Shown: positions 1 to 9,002, counted from the first letter of the stretch. The stretch: DNA of 64,000 bases from an uncultured virus (IMG/VR IMGVR_UViG_3300025849_000012) (IMGVR_UViG_3300025849_000012); one strand, 5' to 3'. The notes: generated by a model not told the origin, from the sequence alone. A program made the numbers and translations.

Positions 1-2
1 AC

Positions 3-1238
3 CATGAAATTGAAGATGCCCAACCAGTAATTGATGAAGTAAATAGTTGTGATATTGCAATCATACACTCATACCCAACTCGTAAAAATGGAAAGTACAT
101 AGATCGTTTCCGTAAATTTGTTGAAAAAATCGGTGATCCAATCATTGTAATACATGACCACGCTATTACAAAGAACACTATTAATAGACAAACACAGGCC
201 GTTGAGTTATTTTCCCTTGCAGATATTGGTGTTACACAATCGTTTGAAGGTTATGCTAACGATGGTTATTTACATGCTGATCCAGGCCTTAAAGGTCGTT
301 TAATGGAAAACCCAATATGGGTTCGCACAGATGAATACGATAAGTATCGTAAATCATTTGAAGACCGCAAGAAAAGCTTTATGTACATGGGTCGTATGTC
401 TACCTTAAAAGATCCAGCAATGATTTGTCGTATTGAACCATATTTAAAAAATGATTGGCATTTAACCTTAATGGGTTGTGAACGTTCAATACAATCTATT
501 GGAAATCCAGACTCCAAAACACTTGCGACTGATCCGCATCCTTATCATATAACATATAAACCAAAGATTACATTTATCTTTATGAATTCCAAAGGTGAGC
601 ATTACCTGCCACCAGCAGAACAAATAAAGACTGGTACAACCATTAAAGCATATGATAGTTACAAATATGATTTTGGAATGAAATGGCTTGGTAGTTCTAC
701 AGCAGCTTGGTGTGGTTATCGTTTACGCGAACCAAAAGAATACGGAAATCGTATGGAATATACCGTAATCGAATCGTTTCTTTTATCTCTTCCTATTATC
801 AGTAGAGACTTTGCTGAAAACGCTGTATCTCCTGAAGGCAAAAAGTGGGGTGAATATTATGGACCACTTATATCTAAAGCAGGATGTGAGGAAGAGTTAT
901 CAGTAGAATTAAATAGACTTTATAATAACAAAGAAGAATGGGAAGCTCGTACAAAGGCTTGCCAAGAATTAGTTTACAAGTTTAATGATATTGAAGTTCT
1001 TGGTCCTAAGTTTTTAGATTTTGTATTGACAAAAGGAAAAAGACATGATAAAATAGAATTTATAGATAGGATTTCAAGCTATTTTCCAAGTGCACGAGAA
1101 AGACGTGAAGCTGGTGAGATTATTATATCAACCCCAGGAAGTGTTTTAAATAAAAAAGCATATACATTAGTAGATGGAAAACAAAATGAAATTAAAGAAC
1201 CAGAAGAAATAGGATCTACACTTGAAGGATTTTTTTAA
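3..1238 (+). CDS. a-gt: DNA alpha-glucosyltransferase homologue (GT-B), 5'-truncated by the window edge
   Basis: The frame is open from position 3, well upstream of the ORF-track start at 303. Motifs VNSCDIAIIHSYP, IHDH, YMGRMSTLKD, GCERS and MEYTVIE parallel T4 AGT VNDCDILIINSVP, QHDH, WIGRTTTWKG, GLERS and LEYTHLE (recalled). There is a ~70-aa C-terminal extension. Confidence 0.8.
   Translation, partial: HEIEDAQPVIDEVNSCDIAIIHSYPTRKNGKYIDRFRKFVEKIGDPIIVIHDHAITKNTINRQTQAVELFSLADIGVTQSFEGYANDGYLHADPGLKGRLMENPIWVRTDEYDKYRKSFEDRKKSFMYMGRMSTLKDPAMICRIEPYLKNDWHLTLMGCERSIQSIGNPDSKTLATDPHPYHITYKPKITFIFMNSKGEHYLPPAEQIKTGTTIKAYDSYKYDFGMKWLGSSTAAWCGYRLREPKEYGNRMEYTVIESFLLSLPIISRDFAENAVSPEGKKWGEYYGPLISKAGCEEELSVELNRLYNNKEEWEARTKACQELVYKFNDIEVLGPKFLDFVLTKGKRHDKIEFIDRISSYFPSARERREAGEIIISTPGSVLNKKAYTLVDGKQNEIKEPEEIGSTLEGFF
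1026..1054 (+). promoter_or_regulatory. sigma70-type promoter inside the a-gt 3' region
   Basis: TTGACA (1026-1031), 17 bp spacer, TAAAAT (1049-1054) preceded by TG-n (extended -10). Confidence 0.5.
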
Positions 1239-2275
1239 TGTATCATAAACGTATCGTAGTCGATTTTGACGACACTTTAGCATTCCATCAAAACCGAAAG
1301 TTTGATGAAGCTTTACCAAACAAACCTCTTATTGAAAAGCTTAATAAGCTGCATTCCGAGGATTGGATTATTGATATATTTACTGCGCGTGGTTCTATAT
1401 CGTGTAAAACTCGAAACGATGCTCGTGAAAAATACGAAAAAAGCATGCTTAATTGGCTTAATAAACATAACGTAAAATTTAATGCACTTTCATTTGATAA
1501 ACCATTGGCCGCTTATTATATTGATGATAAAGGCATTATGCCTGAAGATTTTCTTAAAGTTGATATACGTGAACTCGAAGGTGGATTATCTGGTGGTGAA
1601 ATTTATACAGATGGTAAAGTAGTACATAAACAAGATAAAAATGCACATCAAACACGTAAATGGTTTGCTAACGCTGATTGTATCGGTATTCAAACACCTA
1701 TTATTCATAGAGTTGTTGGTGAAACAATTACTATGGATTATATTGAGCATGACGAAGACTTTTTTTCAAATAACTTTTGGATGGCTTTAGCTACAATTCA
1801 AACACAATTAGATAAAATGAAAACAACATCACCACATCGTTACCAAGACGATTTAAAGTTTAGTGATTACATTGATCGCATTGAACAACACGCTAGAAAT
1901 TCTGGTCAAACAAAGTTAATTGAAGTAGCTTCAAAATTAACACAATACGAATTATCGCGCAGTTATTCTCACGGTGATTTTGGCATTAAAAACATGTTAT
2001 TTAATAATTGTGATATGCATTTAATTGATCCAATTTGTGGAGTATTTGGATGTACTGAATTGGATGTCGCAAAGTTTTGTGCAAGCTTACTTATTAATGA
2101 ATACCCTATTAAATTGTTTAAACAATCATTAGATTATTTGGCTCTTGCGAATGATATAAACAAAAATATGTTGGTATTATTGGTATCAGCAGAGGTGACT
2201 CGCGTCTATAAATACCACCCTAACAAAGAGTTTATTATGGAGTGTATAGACAATGTCAACAAACAATATAATTAA
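1238..2275 (+). CDS. HAD-family phosphatase (capsule-biosynthesis phosphatase-like) fused to an APH/choline-kinase-like domain
   Basis: N-terminal VVDFDDTL, FTARG, KP..AYYIDDK (HAD motifs I-IV); C-terminal GGLSG, HGDFGIKN, LIDP (protein-kinase-like small-molecule kinase). Confidence 0.75.
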   Translation: MYHKRIVVDFDDTLAFHQNRKFDEALPNKPLIEKLNKLHSEDWIIDIFTARGSISCKTRNDAREKYEKSMLNWLNKHNVKFNALSFDKPLAAYYIDDKGIMPEDFLKVDIRELEGGLSGGEIYTDGKVVHKQDKNAHQTRKWFANADCIGIQTPIIHRVVGETITMDYIEHDEDFFSNNFWMALATIQTQLDKMKTTSPHRYQDDLKFSDYIDRIEQHARNSGQTKLIEVASKLTQYELSRSYSHGDFGIKNMLFNNCDMHLIDPICGVFGCTELDVAKFCASLLINEYPIKLFKQSLDYLALANDINKNMLVLLVSAEVTRVYKYHPNKEFIMECIDNVNKQYN

Positions 2276-2286
2276 TGGAGAAGTGA

Positions 2287-2733
2287 ATGTTCCTAGATAA
2301 AACTAAATTACCACAAGAAGCAAAAGTTGGATTTACTTGTTCAGCTTTTGACTTATTTCATGCTGGCCATGTCGTAATGTTACAAGAAGCCAAATCATTA
2401 TGTGATTACTTAATTGTTGGTTTATTAATAGATCCTACAGTGGATAGACCTGATGGAAAAAACAAGCCAGTACAAAGCACGTTTGAAAGGTATATCCAAT
2501 TATCTGGATGCAGATATGTAGACGAAGTTATACCATTCAGCACAGAACAAGAAATCGTTGACATGATTTTAACCATTCAACCAGATATTAGAATTGTTGG
2601 TGAAGAATATGAAGGCACAGACCATACAGGTATTGGCTTATGTCCTATTTACTATAATAAACGTAAACACTCGTTTTCGTCTACAGATTTAAGGAATCGT
2701 GTGGTACAAAACGCCAAGGAGAAAAATAAATGA
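2287..2733 (+). CDS. cytidylyltransferase (TagD/glycerol-3-phosphate cytidylyltransferase-like)
   Basis: FDLFHAGH (HxGH), YLIVGL, ERY...VDEVIP and SFSSTDLR motifs. Confidence 0.85.
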   Translation: MFLDKTKLPQEAKVGFTCSAFDLFHAGHVVMLQEAKSLCDYLIVGLLIDPTVDRPDGKNKPVQSTFERYIQLSGCRYVDEVIPFSTEQEIVDMILTIQPDIRIVGEEYEGTDHTGIGLCPIYYNKRKHSFSSTDLRNRVVQNAKEKNK

Positions 2734-3929
2734 GTATTACACATGCATCCATCGTTCCATTAATTGGTGGTGAAACTATTGGATCCCAACAAGCATTTGG
2801 TGTTCCGCCGATGCATTTTATGTCATATGAGCCATTTGCTTCTAATGATAGTCATGTTTTAAATTACTATAATAATGAAATACCTTATTATGTTTTAGAC
2901 AAAGACCAAAAACCACCACTCAATGAAAGAGCTGACGTGGTATCGTCTGTTTGTCCTTGTGCTGGTTTATCTATGATGTCACATGGTTATGGTGACCACA
3001 ATCCAAATAACCAATGGATGGGAAAGACTGCAGAATATGTACTTGGTGAATATAAACCAAAAGTATTCTGGGGTGAGAATGCGCCAGGATTTGCTGGTAA
3101 AATTGGTAAAAATGTTAGAGAACAATTAAGAAAAATTGGAAAAGATAACGGATATACAATGTCTGTATACAGAACAAAATCCTTATTGCATGGTGGACCA
3201 CAAGTACGTGAACGATCGTTTTACTTCTTTTGGCAAAATAAACAAACGCCTCTTCTTAATTATTTTAGTAAACGTGGCGACCCTATTGAAAAAGTAATAC
3301 GTGACGTAAAGTCAAATTTCCAAATGGAAACAATCAATTCAAATAAACCATCTGAAGATCCATGGTATCAATTCTTACTTGAAGAATCAGGTGGCATGTC
3401 ACATAAAGAATATTCAAAAGAACTTGATGCTAACGTTGCTAAATCAGGCCAATGTGTATTTACTCAAATTGAGAAAAAAGGATACACGTATAAACAAGTT
3501 TCTGAATGGATGACTGAAAAGGGCCACGAAAGAGCCGCAGCCTCAGCTATGCGTAAATATGAAAAGCTAAAATCTGGTGGTAACGTTATGAAACGTGGTG
3601 TAACTATTCCAAAAGATTATATTGGTGCTTTTGTTGGACATTATCCTAAAATGTTAACACACCCAGATGAAGATCGTTTCATTACATATAGAGAAGCTAT
3701 GACTATTATGGGATTACCACAAGACTTTGAATTGCTTAATCCAAAGCAATCATTTAACCACATTTGTCAAAACGTTCCAGTTCAAACCGCCGCAGACATG
3801 GCAGGTGAAGTCAAAAAATATTTAAATGGTGAGCTAACGATGGTTGACACAGACTATATTGTGCAGTATAATCATAGTCAAAAGGCAGACTATATTACTA
3901 AGGCAGATACCTTAGAGGCATTTATATAA
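2730..3929 (+). CDS. DNA (cytosine-5) methyltransferase-like protein
   Basis: Catalytic PC (CPCAGLS), motif VI ENAPG, motif VIII PQVRER, motif IX RFITYREAMTIMGLP, motif X QNVPV. Motif I is atypical (IVPLIGG). Confidence 0.8.
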   Translation: MSITHASIVPLIGGETIGSQQAFGVPPMHFMSYEPFASNDSHVLNYYNNEIPYYVLDKDQKPPLNERADVVSSVCPCAGLSMMSHGYGDHNPNNQWMGKTAEYVLGEYKPKVFWGENAPGFAGKIGKNVREQLRKIGKDNGYTMSVYRTKSLLHGGPQVRERSFYFFWQNKQTPLLNYFSKRGDPIEKVIRDVKSNFQMETINSNKPSEDPWYQFLLEESGGMSHKEYSKELDANVAKSGQCVFTQIEKKGYTYKQVSEWMTEKGHERAAASAMRKYEKLKSGGNVMKRGVTIPKDYIGAFVGHYPKMLTHPDEDRFITYREAMTIMGLPQDFELLNPKQSFNHICQNVPVQTAADMAGEVKKYLNGELTMVDTDYIVQYNHSQKADYITKADTLEAFI

Positions 3930-4564
3930 TGAGCACGCACTTTATTATTGACTTCGAAACCATTGGCCAAAACTCACGCGAGGTACCAGCTATTGATTGC
4001 TCGTACACAACCTTTGATTGGAGTCGATTTACGGAAAATCCATATTCTTTTAAAGAGTTGGTACTTGGCATGCAACAAGCTAAGTTTGATGTTAAAGACC
4101 AAATGAAAACCCACGGATGTAAATATAACGAACGTGATTTGCAGTGGTGGCTTGACCAACCGCCTGAATTAAGAGTTAATCTAAAACCATCAAAAAACGA
4201 TCTTACACCAGTTCAATTTATGGAAAAGTTAATTGACTATTTGCGTTCAGCTGATAAAGTTGAGCGATGGTGGTCAAGGTCTAATTCTTTTGATCCAGTA
4301 ATACTAGAGAGATTGGCACAATACGCAAACAAGACTTCTCTTATGGGTAGCTACCTTAAATATTGGTCTGTACGTGATACTCGTACATTTATTGATGCTA
4401 AGTTTAATTTCCCTAAAATAAATGCTTTTGTTCCTGTATCTGATACAGCTAAATGGGAATATAATTTTAAAGCACATGACAGTAAACACGACGTGGCTGC
4501 AGACATTCTGCGACTTCAAGCTATTGTACGTGCAGAAAACGATTTGGAGCAAATTGAAATATGA
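3929..4564 (+). CDS. dexA: DexA-like DEDDh 3'-5' exonuclease
   Basis: IIDFET, NSFDPVIL, RDTRTF and HDSKHDVAADI motifs. Confidence 0.75.
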   Translation: MSTHFIIDFETIGQNSREVPAIDCSYTTFDWSRFTENPYSFKELVLGMQQAKFDVKDQMKTHGCKYNERDLQWWLDQPPELRVNLKPSKNDLTPVQFMEKLIDYLRSADKVERWWSRSNSFDPVILERLAQYANKTSLMGSYLKYWSVRDTRTFIDAKFNFPKINAFVPVSDTAKWEYNFKAHDSKHDVAADILRLQAIVRAENDLEQIEI

Positions 4565-5421
4565 AAATTGAAATCAGCGTTGACGAACTAAAACAATATA
4601 AAATCTTTATTGGGACGCCAATGTATGGAGGAAACTGTAGTGGATCGTTTACTAAATCATGTACCGATTTAGCTATGATGTGCGCAGCCAATGGTATTAC
4701 CGTAAAGTTTTACTATTTGTTTAATGAAAGTTTAATTCAACGAGCACGTAACTATGTTGCCGATGAGTTTATGAGATCTGATTGTACTCACTTAGTGTTT
4801 ATTGATTCTGATATTGCTTTTGATCCAAGAGATATTTTTGGTTTAATTGCAGTACAAGTATCAGATCCAGAAAAATATAATATCGTTACAGGTCCGTACC
4901 CTAAGAAAACAATTGCATGGGAAAAGGTTGCTAGGGCTGCTGAACTAGGTAAAGCCAAAGAAAACCCGTTCCTATTAGACCAATACACTGCTGACTATGT
5001 TTTTAATCCAGTGAATAAAATGCAAAGCTTTCAACTATCACAGCCATTAGAAATTGGTGAAGGTGGTACTGGCTTTATGTGTATTCCACGAGAAACATTT
5101 GAAACATACAAAGCAGCATACCCAGAGTATAGTTATAAACCAGATCATGCAAGAACTGAAAAGTTTGATGGATCTAACGAAATTATGGCTTACTTTGATT
5201 GTATTATTGATCCCAAAACAAAACGTTATTTGAGCGAGGATTATTTCTTCTGCCAAAAAGCACGAGAGGCTGGCATGAAGGTATGGATGTGTCCTTGGAT
5301 GCAAATAAACCATATTGGCTCATATATCTTTAAAGGTAATATGGGAGCAATTGGGTCACTAGGTCTATCAGCAACAGCAGATAAATCTTCAAATCAAAAA
5401 ACATATAAAGGTAAAAAGTAG
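4561..5421 (+). CDS. GT-A fold glycosyltransferase-like protein
   Basis: GTPMYGG, ESLIQRARN, DxD motif FIDSDI, GTGFMCI, YLSEDYFFC, HIG. Confidence 0.65.
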   Translation: MKIEISVDELKQYKIFIGTPMYGGNCSGSFTKSCTDLAMMCAANGITVKFYYLFNESLIQRARNYVADEFMRSDCTHLVFIDSDIAFDPRDIFGLIAVQVSDPEKYNIVTGPYPKKTIAWEKVARAAELGKAKENPFLLDQYTADYVFNPVNKMQSFQLSQPLEIGEGGTGFMCIPRETFETYKAAYPEYSYKPDHARTEKFDGSNEIMAYFDCIIDPKTKRYLSEDYFFCQKAREAGMKVWMCPWMQINHIGSYIFKGNMGAIGSLGLSATADKSSNQKTYKGKK

Positions 5422-5450
5422 TTGACATATCGCAATAATAGTGATATTAT
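5422..5450 (+). promoter_or_regulatory. sigma70-type promoter upstream of gp45
   Basis: TTGACA (5422-5427), 17 bp spacer, TATTAT (5445-5450) with TG-n extension, in the intergenic gap. Confidence 0.75.
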
Positions 5451-5483
5451 TAATAATATACAAACCAATGGAGCACTTACATA

Positions 5484-6149
5484 ATGAAATTTTCTGAACG
5501 CACTCTTACTATTCTAAAGAGTTTTTCCACCATCAACAAATCTATTCTAATGAAGGAAGGTAATGTACTAAAAACTATTACACCAGAAAAAACACTCGTG
5601 GCCCAAGCCACAATCACAGATAACATACCATCGCAGGCATGTATCTACGATCTATCACGGTTTCTATCAATTCTAGGCCTCTACAAGGACCCTGATGTAG
5701 AATTCCATGATAAATATTTTACGATTGCTGAAGGTAAACAGCGGACAAAATACGCGTTCGCAGACATCTCTATGATTCATGCCGCCCCAGAAAAAGAAAT
5801 CGACCTTCCTACAAAAGACGTGGTCGTTGACGTATCTTGGGACGATATGCAATCAGTAATCAAAGCAGCCGGCGTACTTCAATTCAAAGAAATTGCATTC
5901 GTTGGTAGTGAGGGTAAAGTTTATCTCAAAGCTATTGACAGCGCTGACCAAGGTGCTGATGATTATGGCGTAGAGATTGGCGCAACCTCAGATGAATTTA
6001 GGGTTATCATCAAAACAGATAATCTTAAACTCTTAGCTCAGGACTATCACGTTACTCTTTGCGCAAAGGGTATCTCTGAGTTTAAGGGAACAGATGCTAC
6101 ATATTATGTAGCTATTGATACTAAGTCGACTTATAATAAAGGAGTATAA
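5484..6149 (+). CDS. gp45: sliding clamp
   Basis: MKFSERTLTILKSFSTINKSIL, IYDLSRFL; lies upstream of the clamp loader genes. Confidence 0.93.
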   Translation: MKFSERTLTILKSFSTINKSILMKEGNVLKTITPEKTLVAQATITDNIPSQACIYDLSRFLSILGLYKDPDVEFHDKYFTIAEGKQRTKYAFADISMIHAAPEKEIDLPTKDVVVDVSWDDMQSVIKAAGVLQFKEIAFVGSEGKVYLKAIDSADQGADDYGVEIGATSDEFRVIIKTDNLKLLAQDYHVTLCAKGISEFKGTDATYYVAIDTKSTYNKGV

Positions 6150-6150
6150 C

Positions 6151-6405
6151 ATGAGCGAACAAGAACAAGAACCAATCAACCTATCCTTACAGGATATTGC
6201 AACCGTAGTTCAAATGATTGACGTAGTTAGTCGGAGAGGTGGCATTGCAGGTAATGAGCTTGCTGGCATCGGAATGTTACGAAATAAATTTGAAATGTTC
6301 CTACAACAAAATGCACCACAAGGTGAAGCACCTCAAGGTAATATGCCGGTTGAAGCACCTGCTAATGTACCAGAAGATGCACCTCTAGCTGATAAGGTTC
6401 AGTAA
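6151..6405 (+). CDS. small hypothetical protein (84 aa)
   Basis: AAGGAG RBS before ATG 6151; MSEQEQEPINLSLQDIATVVQMIDVVSRRG. Confidence 0.75.
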   Translation: MSEQEQEPINLSLQDIATVVQMIDVVSRRGGIAGNELAGIGMLRNKFEMFLQQNAPQGEAPQGNMPVEAPANVPEDAPLADKVQ

Positions 6406-6416
6406 TGATAAACGAC

Positions 6417-6450
6417 GCAGGCTCTCGTTATAAACCTGCAATTTATTTTT
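6417..6450 (+). terminator. possible weak hairpin/terminator before gp44
   Basis: GCAGG...CCTGC stem followed by AATTTATTTTT. Confidence 0.3.
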
Positions 6451-6466
6451 ATATTATGGAGACAAT

Positions 6467-7420
6467 ATGTCTATTGATGCTAAAGCAAACGAAGTCCTCT
6501 GGGTTGAACGATATCGTCCTCAGAAAATTGACGAGACTATCCTACCTGAAAAAACCAAAGCAATGTTCAAAAAGTTTGTTACTGATGATAATGTACCAAA
6601 CTTATTGTTGTCTGGTGGTCCTGGCGTAGGCAAAACAACCATTGCAAAAGCTATGCTTGAAGAAATGGGTTGTGACTATATTGTAAAGAATGGTTCATTG
6701 AACGTTAACATTGATACTCTTCGTTATGATATTTCTACATATGCCTCGGCCGTATCACTTAGTGGTGGTCGTAAATATGTTATCTTTGATGAAGCTGATT
6801 ACCTAAACGCTGCAAATGTTCAACCAGCTCTGCGTAACTTTATTGAAGAGTATTCCTCCAACTGTGGATTTATTTTCACGTGTAACTTTAAAAATCGTAT
6901 TATCCAACCTCTACGATCTCGGTTGTCTGAAGTTGATTTCAGTATTGAAACCAGCGACAGACCTAAACTCGCCATGCAGTTTATGAAAAGAGTTGAAACA
7001 ATCCTAGGTATGGAAAACATTGATTACGATAAAGCTGTAGTAGCCAAAGTAATCCAAAAACATTTCCCAGATTTTCGCAGAGTATTAACTGAATTACAAT
7101 CATACGCTGCCTCAGGTAAAATTGATGAAGGTATTTTTGTTAATCTAAAACAAGAGTCGCTTGATGAAGTGTTTCGTTTATTAAAAACAAAAGACTTTAC
7201 TAATATGCGCAAATGGGTTGCTAATAACTCAGATCAGGATATGAATGAAATGTTCCGTCGAATCTATGATATGGCATCTGATAAAGTTGAAATGCGTTCC
7301 CTCCCAGGTTTCATTGTAACAATGGCTGACTATATGTATAAGGCTAATTTTGTTGCTGACCTTGAAGTTAATATGGTTGCTTTCCTTACGGAGGTAATGA
7401 TTGAGGCTGAATACAAATGA
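6467..7420 (+). CDS. gp44: clamp loader AAA+ subunit
   Basis: LWVERYRP, Walker A GGPGVGKTT, Walker B IFDEAD, PLRSR. Confidence 0.95.
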   Translation: MSIDAKANEVLWVERYRPQKIDETILPEKTKAMFKKFVTDDNVPNLLLSGGPGVGKTTIAKAMLEEMGCDYIVKNGSLNVNIDTLRYDISTYASAVSLSGGRKYVIFDEADYLNAANVQPALRNFIEEYSSNCGFIFTCNFKNRIIQPLRSRLSEVDFSIETSDRPKLAMQFMKRVETILGMENIDYDKAVVAKVIQKHFPDFRRVLTELQSYAASGKIDEGIFVNLKQESLDEVFRLLKTKDFTNMRKWVANNSDQDMNEMFRRIYDMASDKVEMRSLPGFIVTMADYMYKANFVADLEVNMVAFLTEVMIEAEYK

Positions 7421-7623
7421 GTGAATGGATGAAAAGACTCATAGGAATGCACAAGTGTTGGAACTGCCATACACTATTAAACAAAAAACAAATATATAGC
7501 GTTGATGTTGACACTGCAGATGGACCACTCAATTTAAAAATGTGCCAAACCTGTGCTGGAGACCTTGATGATATGTTAAAAGATTTGGAGGAAACAATTG
7601 CCGAAAGAAATAACACCCTTTGA
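7417..7623 (+). CDS. small zinc-ribbon-like protein
   Basis: CWNC and CQTC pairs; ATGA overlap with the gp44 stop. Confidence 0.6.
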   Translation: MSEWMKRLIGMHKCWNCHTLLNKKQIYSVDVDTADGPLNLKMCQTCAGDLDDMLKDLEETIAERNNTL

Positions 7624-8002
7624 TTTTATGAATGCCGCATCTTTCTCTAAGGAAGACTTGATTGGTAACCACGAAAATCCAGAAATGGCAGAGAATTTAT
7701 ATGTGCCATATATTATTAACCGCGGGTTTGTAAACTTTGAGGATACAATATTACATGCCAATGAAATGAATATGCGTGCACATTTACCATATAAGGCTCA
7801 ATTTGATTATTACCGAGCAGCGTTTAGAAAACGTAAACGATTTAGTAAATGGCCAAAGGCTGCTAAGAGCGAAGACCTCGACATGATACAAGAAGTATAT
7901 CAATGTAACAGAACAATAGCAAAACTATATCTCAAAGCGCTTTCTTCTGATGATATGAAAAAAATTAAAGCGAGGTTAGAAACAGGCGGTGTCACAAGGT
8001 AA
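7598..8002 (+). CDS. gp62: clamp loader small subunit
   Basis: TTG start after GGAGG; PFDF, YVPYIINR, ANEMN, RKRKRFSKW. Confidence 0.9.
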   Translation: MPKEITPFDFMNAASFSKEDLIGNHENPEMAENLYVPYIINRGFVNFEDTILHANEMNMRAHLPYKAQFDYYRAAFRKRKRFSKWPKAAKSEDLDMIQEVYQCNRTIAKLYLKALSSDDMKKIKARLETGGVTR

Positions 8003-8085
8003 GTTCTTTAAAATAATAAATATATCCGATGGTCACCGTGTGAGACCACACCATATAATTAATAATAAAAAAAGGTGCTGTGGTT

Positions 8086-8490
8086 ATGAACTCAGAAGAT
8101 ATTTTTAAAGGCGTAGGAATCGAGGTTACTCTTCCTTCACCAGATAGTTTCCTTAAAGTAAAAGAAACTTTAACTCGAATTGGTATTTCATCTCGTAAAG
8201 AGAAAAAGCTTTATCAAACATGTCATATTTTACATAAACAAGGTAGATATTCTATATTGCATTTCAAAGAATTGTTTATACTTGATGGTAAAAAAGATAC
8301 GTTTGCAGAAGAAGACGAAGCTCGAAGAAATACTATCGTTAACTTATTAGAAGAATGGGGATTGGTTGCTATTGTTAATACTGATAGTAGTAAAGAGCCT
8401 GTTGCCCAATTAAATCAAATTAAAATTATATCGCATAAAGAAAAATCAAACTGGACATTAGAAGCAAAATATAACATTGGAAAGAAGTGA
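8086..8490 (+). CDS. regA: RegA translational repressor
   Basis: FLKVKETLTRIGI, LYQTCHILHKQGRY..HFKELF, RRNTIVNLLEEWGL, KYNIGKK. Confidence 0.95.
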   Translation: MNSEDIFKGVGIEVTLPSPDSFLKVKETLTRIGISSRKEKKLYQTCHILHKQGRYSILHFKELFILDGKKDTFAEEDEARRNTIVNLLEEWGLVAIVNTDSSKEPVAQLNQIKIISHKEKSNWTLEAKYNIGKK

Positions 8491-8492
8491 TA

Positions 8493-9002
8493 ATGAAAAT
8501 TTATAGAATGAACGAAAATGCTGAATTACCTGAATACGCTACAGAGGGATCAGCTGCTTTTGACTTAAAAGCTTGTTTTAAACGAGGCGATCGTTTACAG
8601 GCATACAATAACTGGAATAAGGCAGTACAAATTGCAGTAAAAGGAGTAGGGAAAGAAGAACATTGTTTTCAATTACCGCCTGATACTCGTGTACTTATTC
8701 CAACTGGTTTAATTTTTGATATACCAGAAAAACATGTAATGAAAATGTTTATTAGATCAAGTGTTGCCTTGAAAAAAGGTTTAAGCTTGGCAAATGGTAC
8801 CGGAATTATTGACTCAGATTATATAGATCCGACATACATTATGTTACTGAACGAAACAGATAGTTTAGTATCAATTACAAGTGGTGAACGTCTAGCACAA
8901 TGTATTGTTGAAAAAGTAACTAAAATTAAGTTAACAGAAACCAAAACAGCGCCAGAGCAAAAAACTGATAGAGACGGAGGGTTTGGAAGCACTGGAGAAT
9001 AG
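8493..9002 (+). CDS. dut: trimeric dUTPase
   Basis: GSAAFDL, RSSVA, GIIDSDY, GERLAQ and RDGGFGSTG motifs. Confidence 0.92.
   Translation: MKIYRMNENAELPEYATEGSAAFDLKACFKRGDRLQAYNNWNKAVQIAVKGVGKEEHCFQLPPDTRVLIPTGLIFDIPEKHVMKMFIRSSVALKKGLSLANGTGIIDSDYIDPTYIMLLNETDSLVSITSGERLAQCIVEKVTKIKLTETKTAPEQKTDRDGGFGSTGE

Noticed and set aside
303..305. ORF-track start of the glucosyltransferase at 303
   Set aside because: The frame is open from position 3 with AGT-like motifs upstream, so the true start lies before the window.
6405..6629. 74-aa ORF overlapping the gp44 start
   Set aside because: Mostly out-of-frame overlap with gp44; no recognisable motif.
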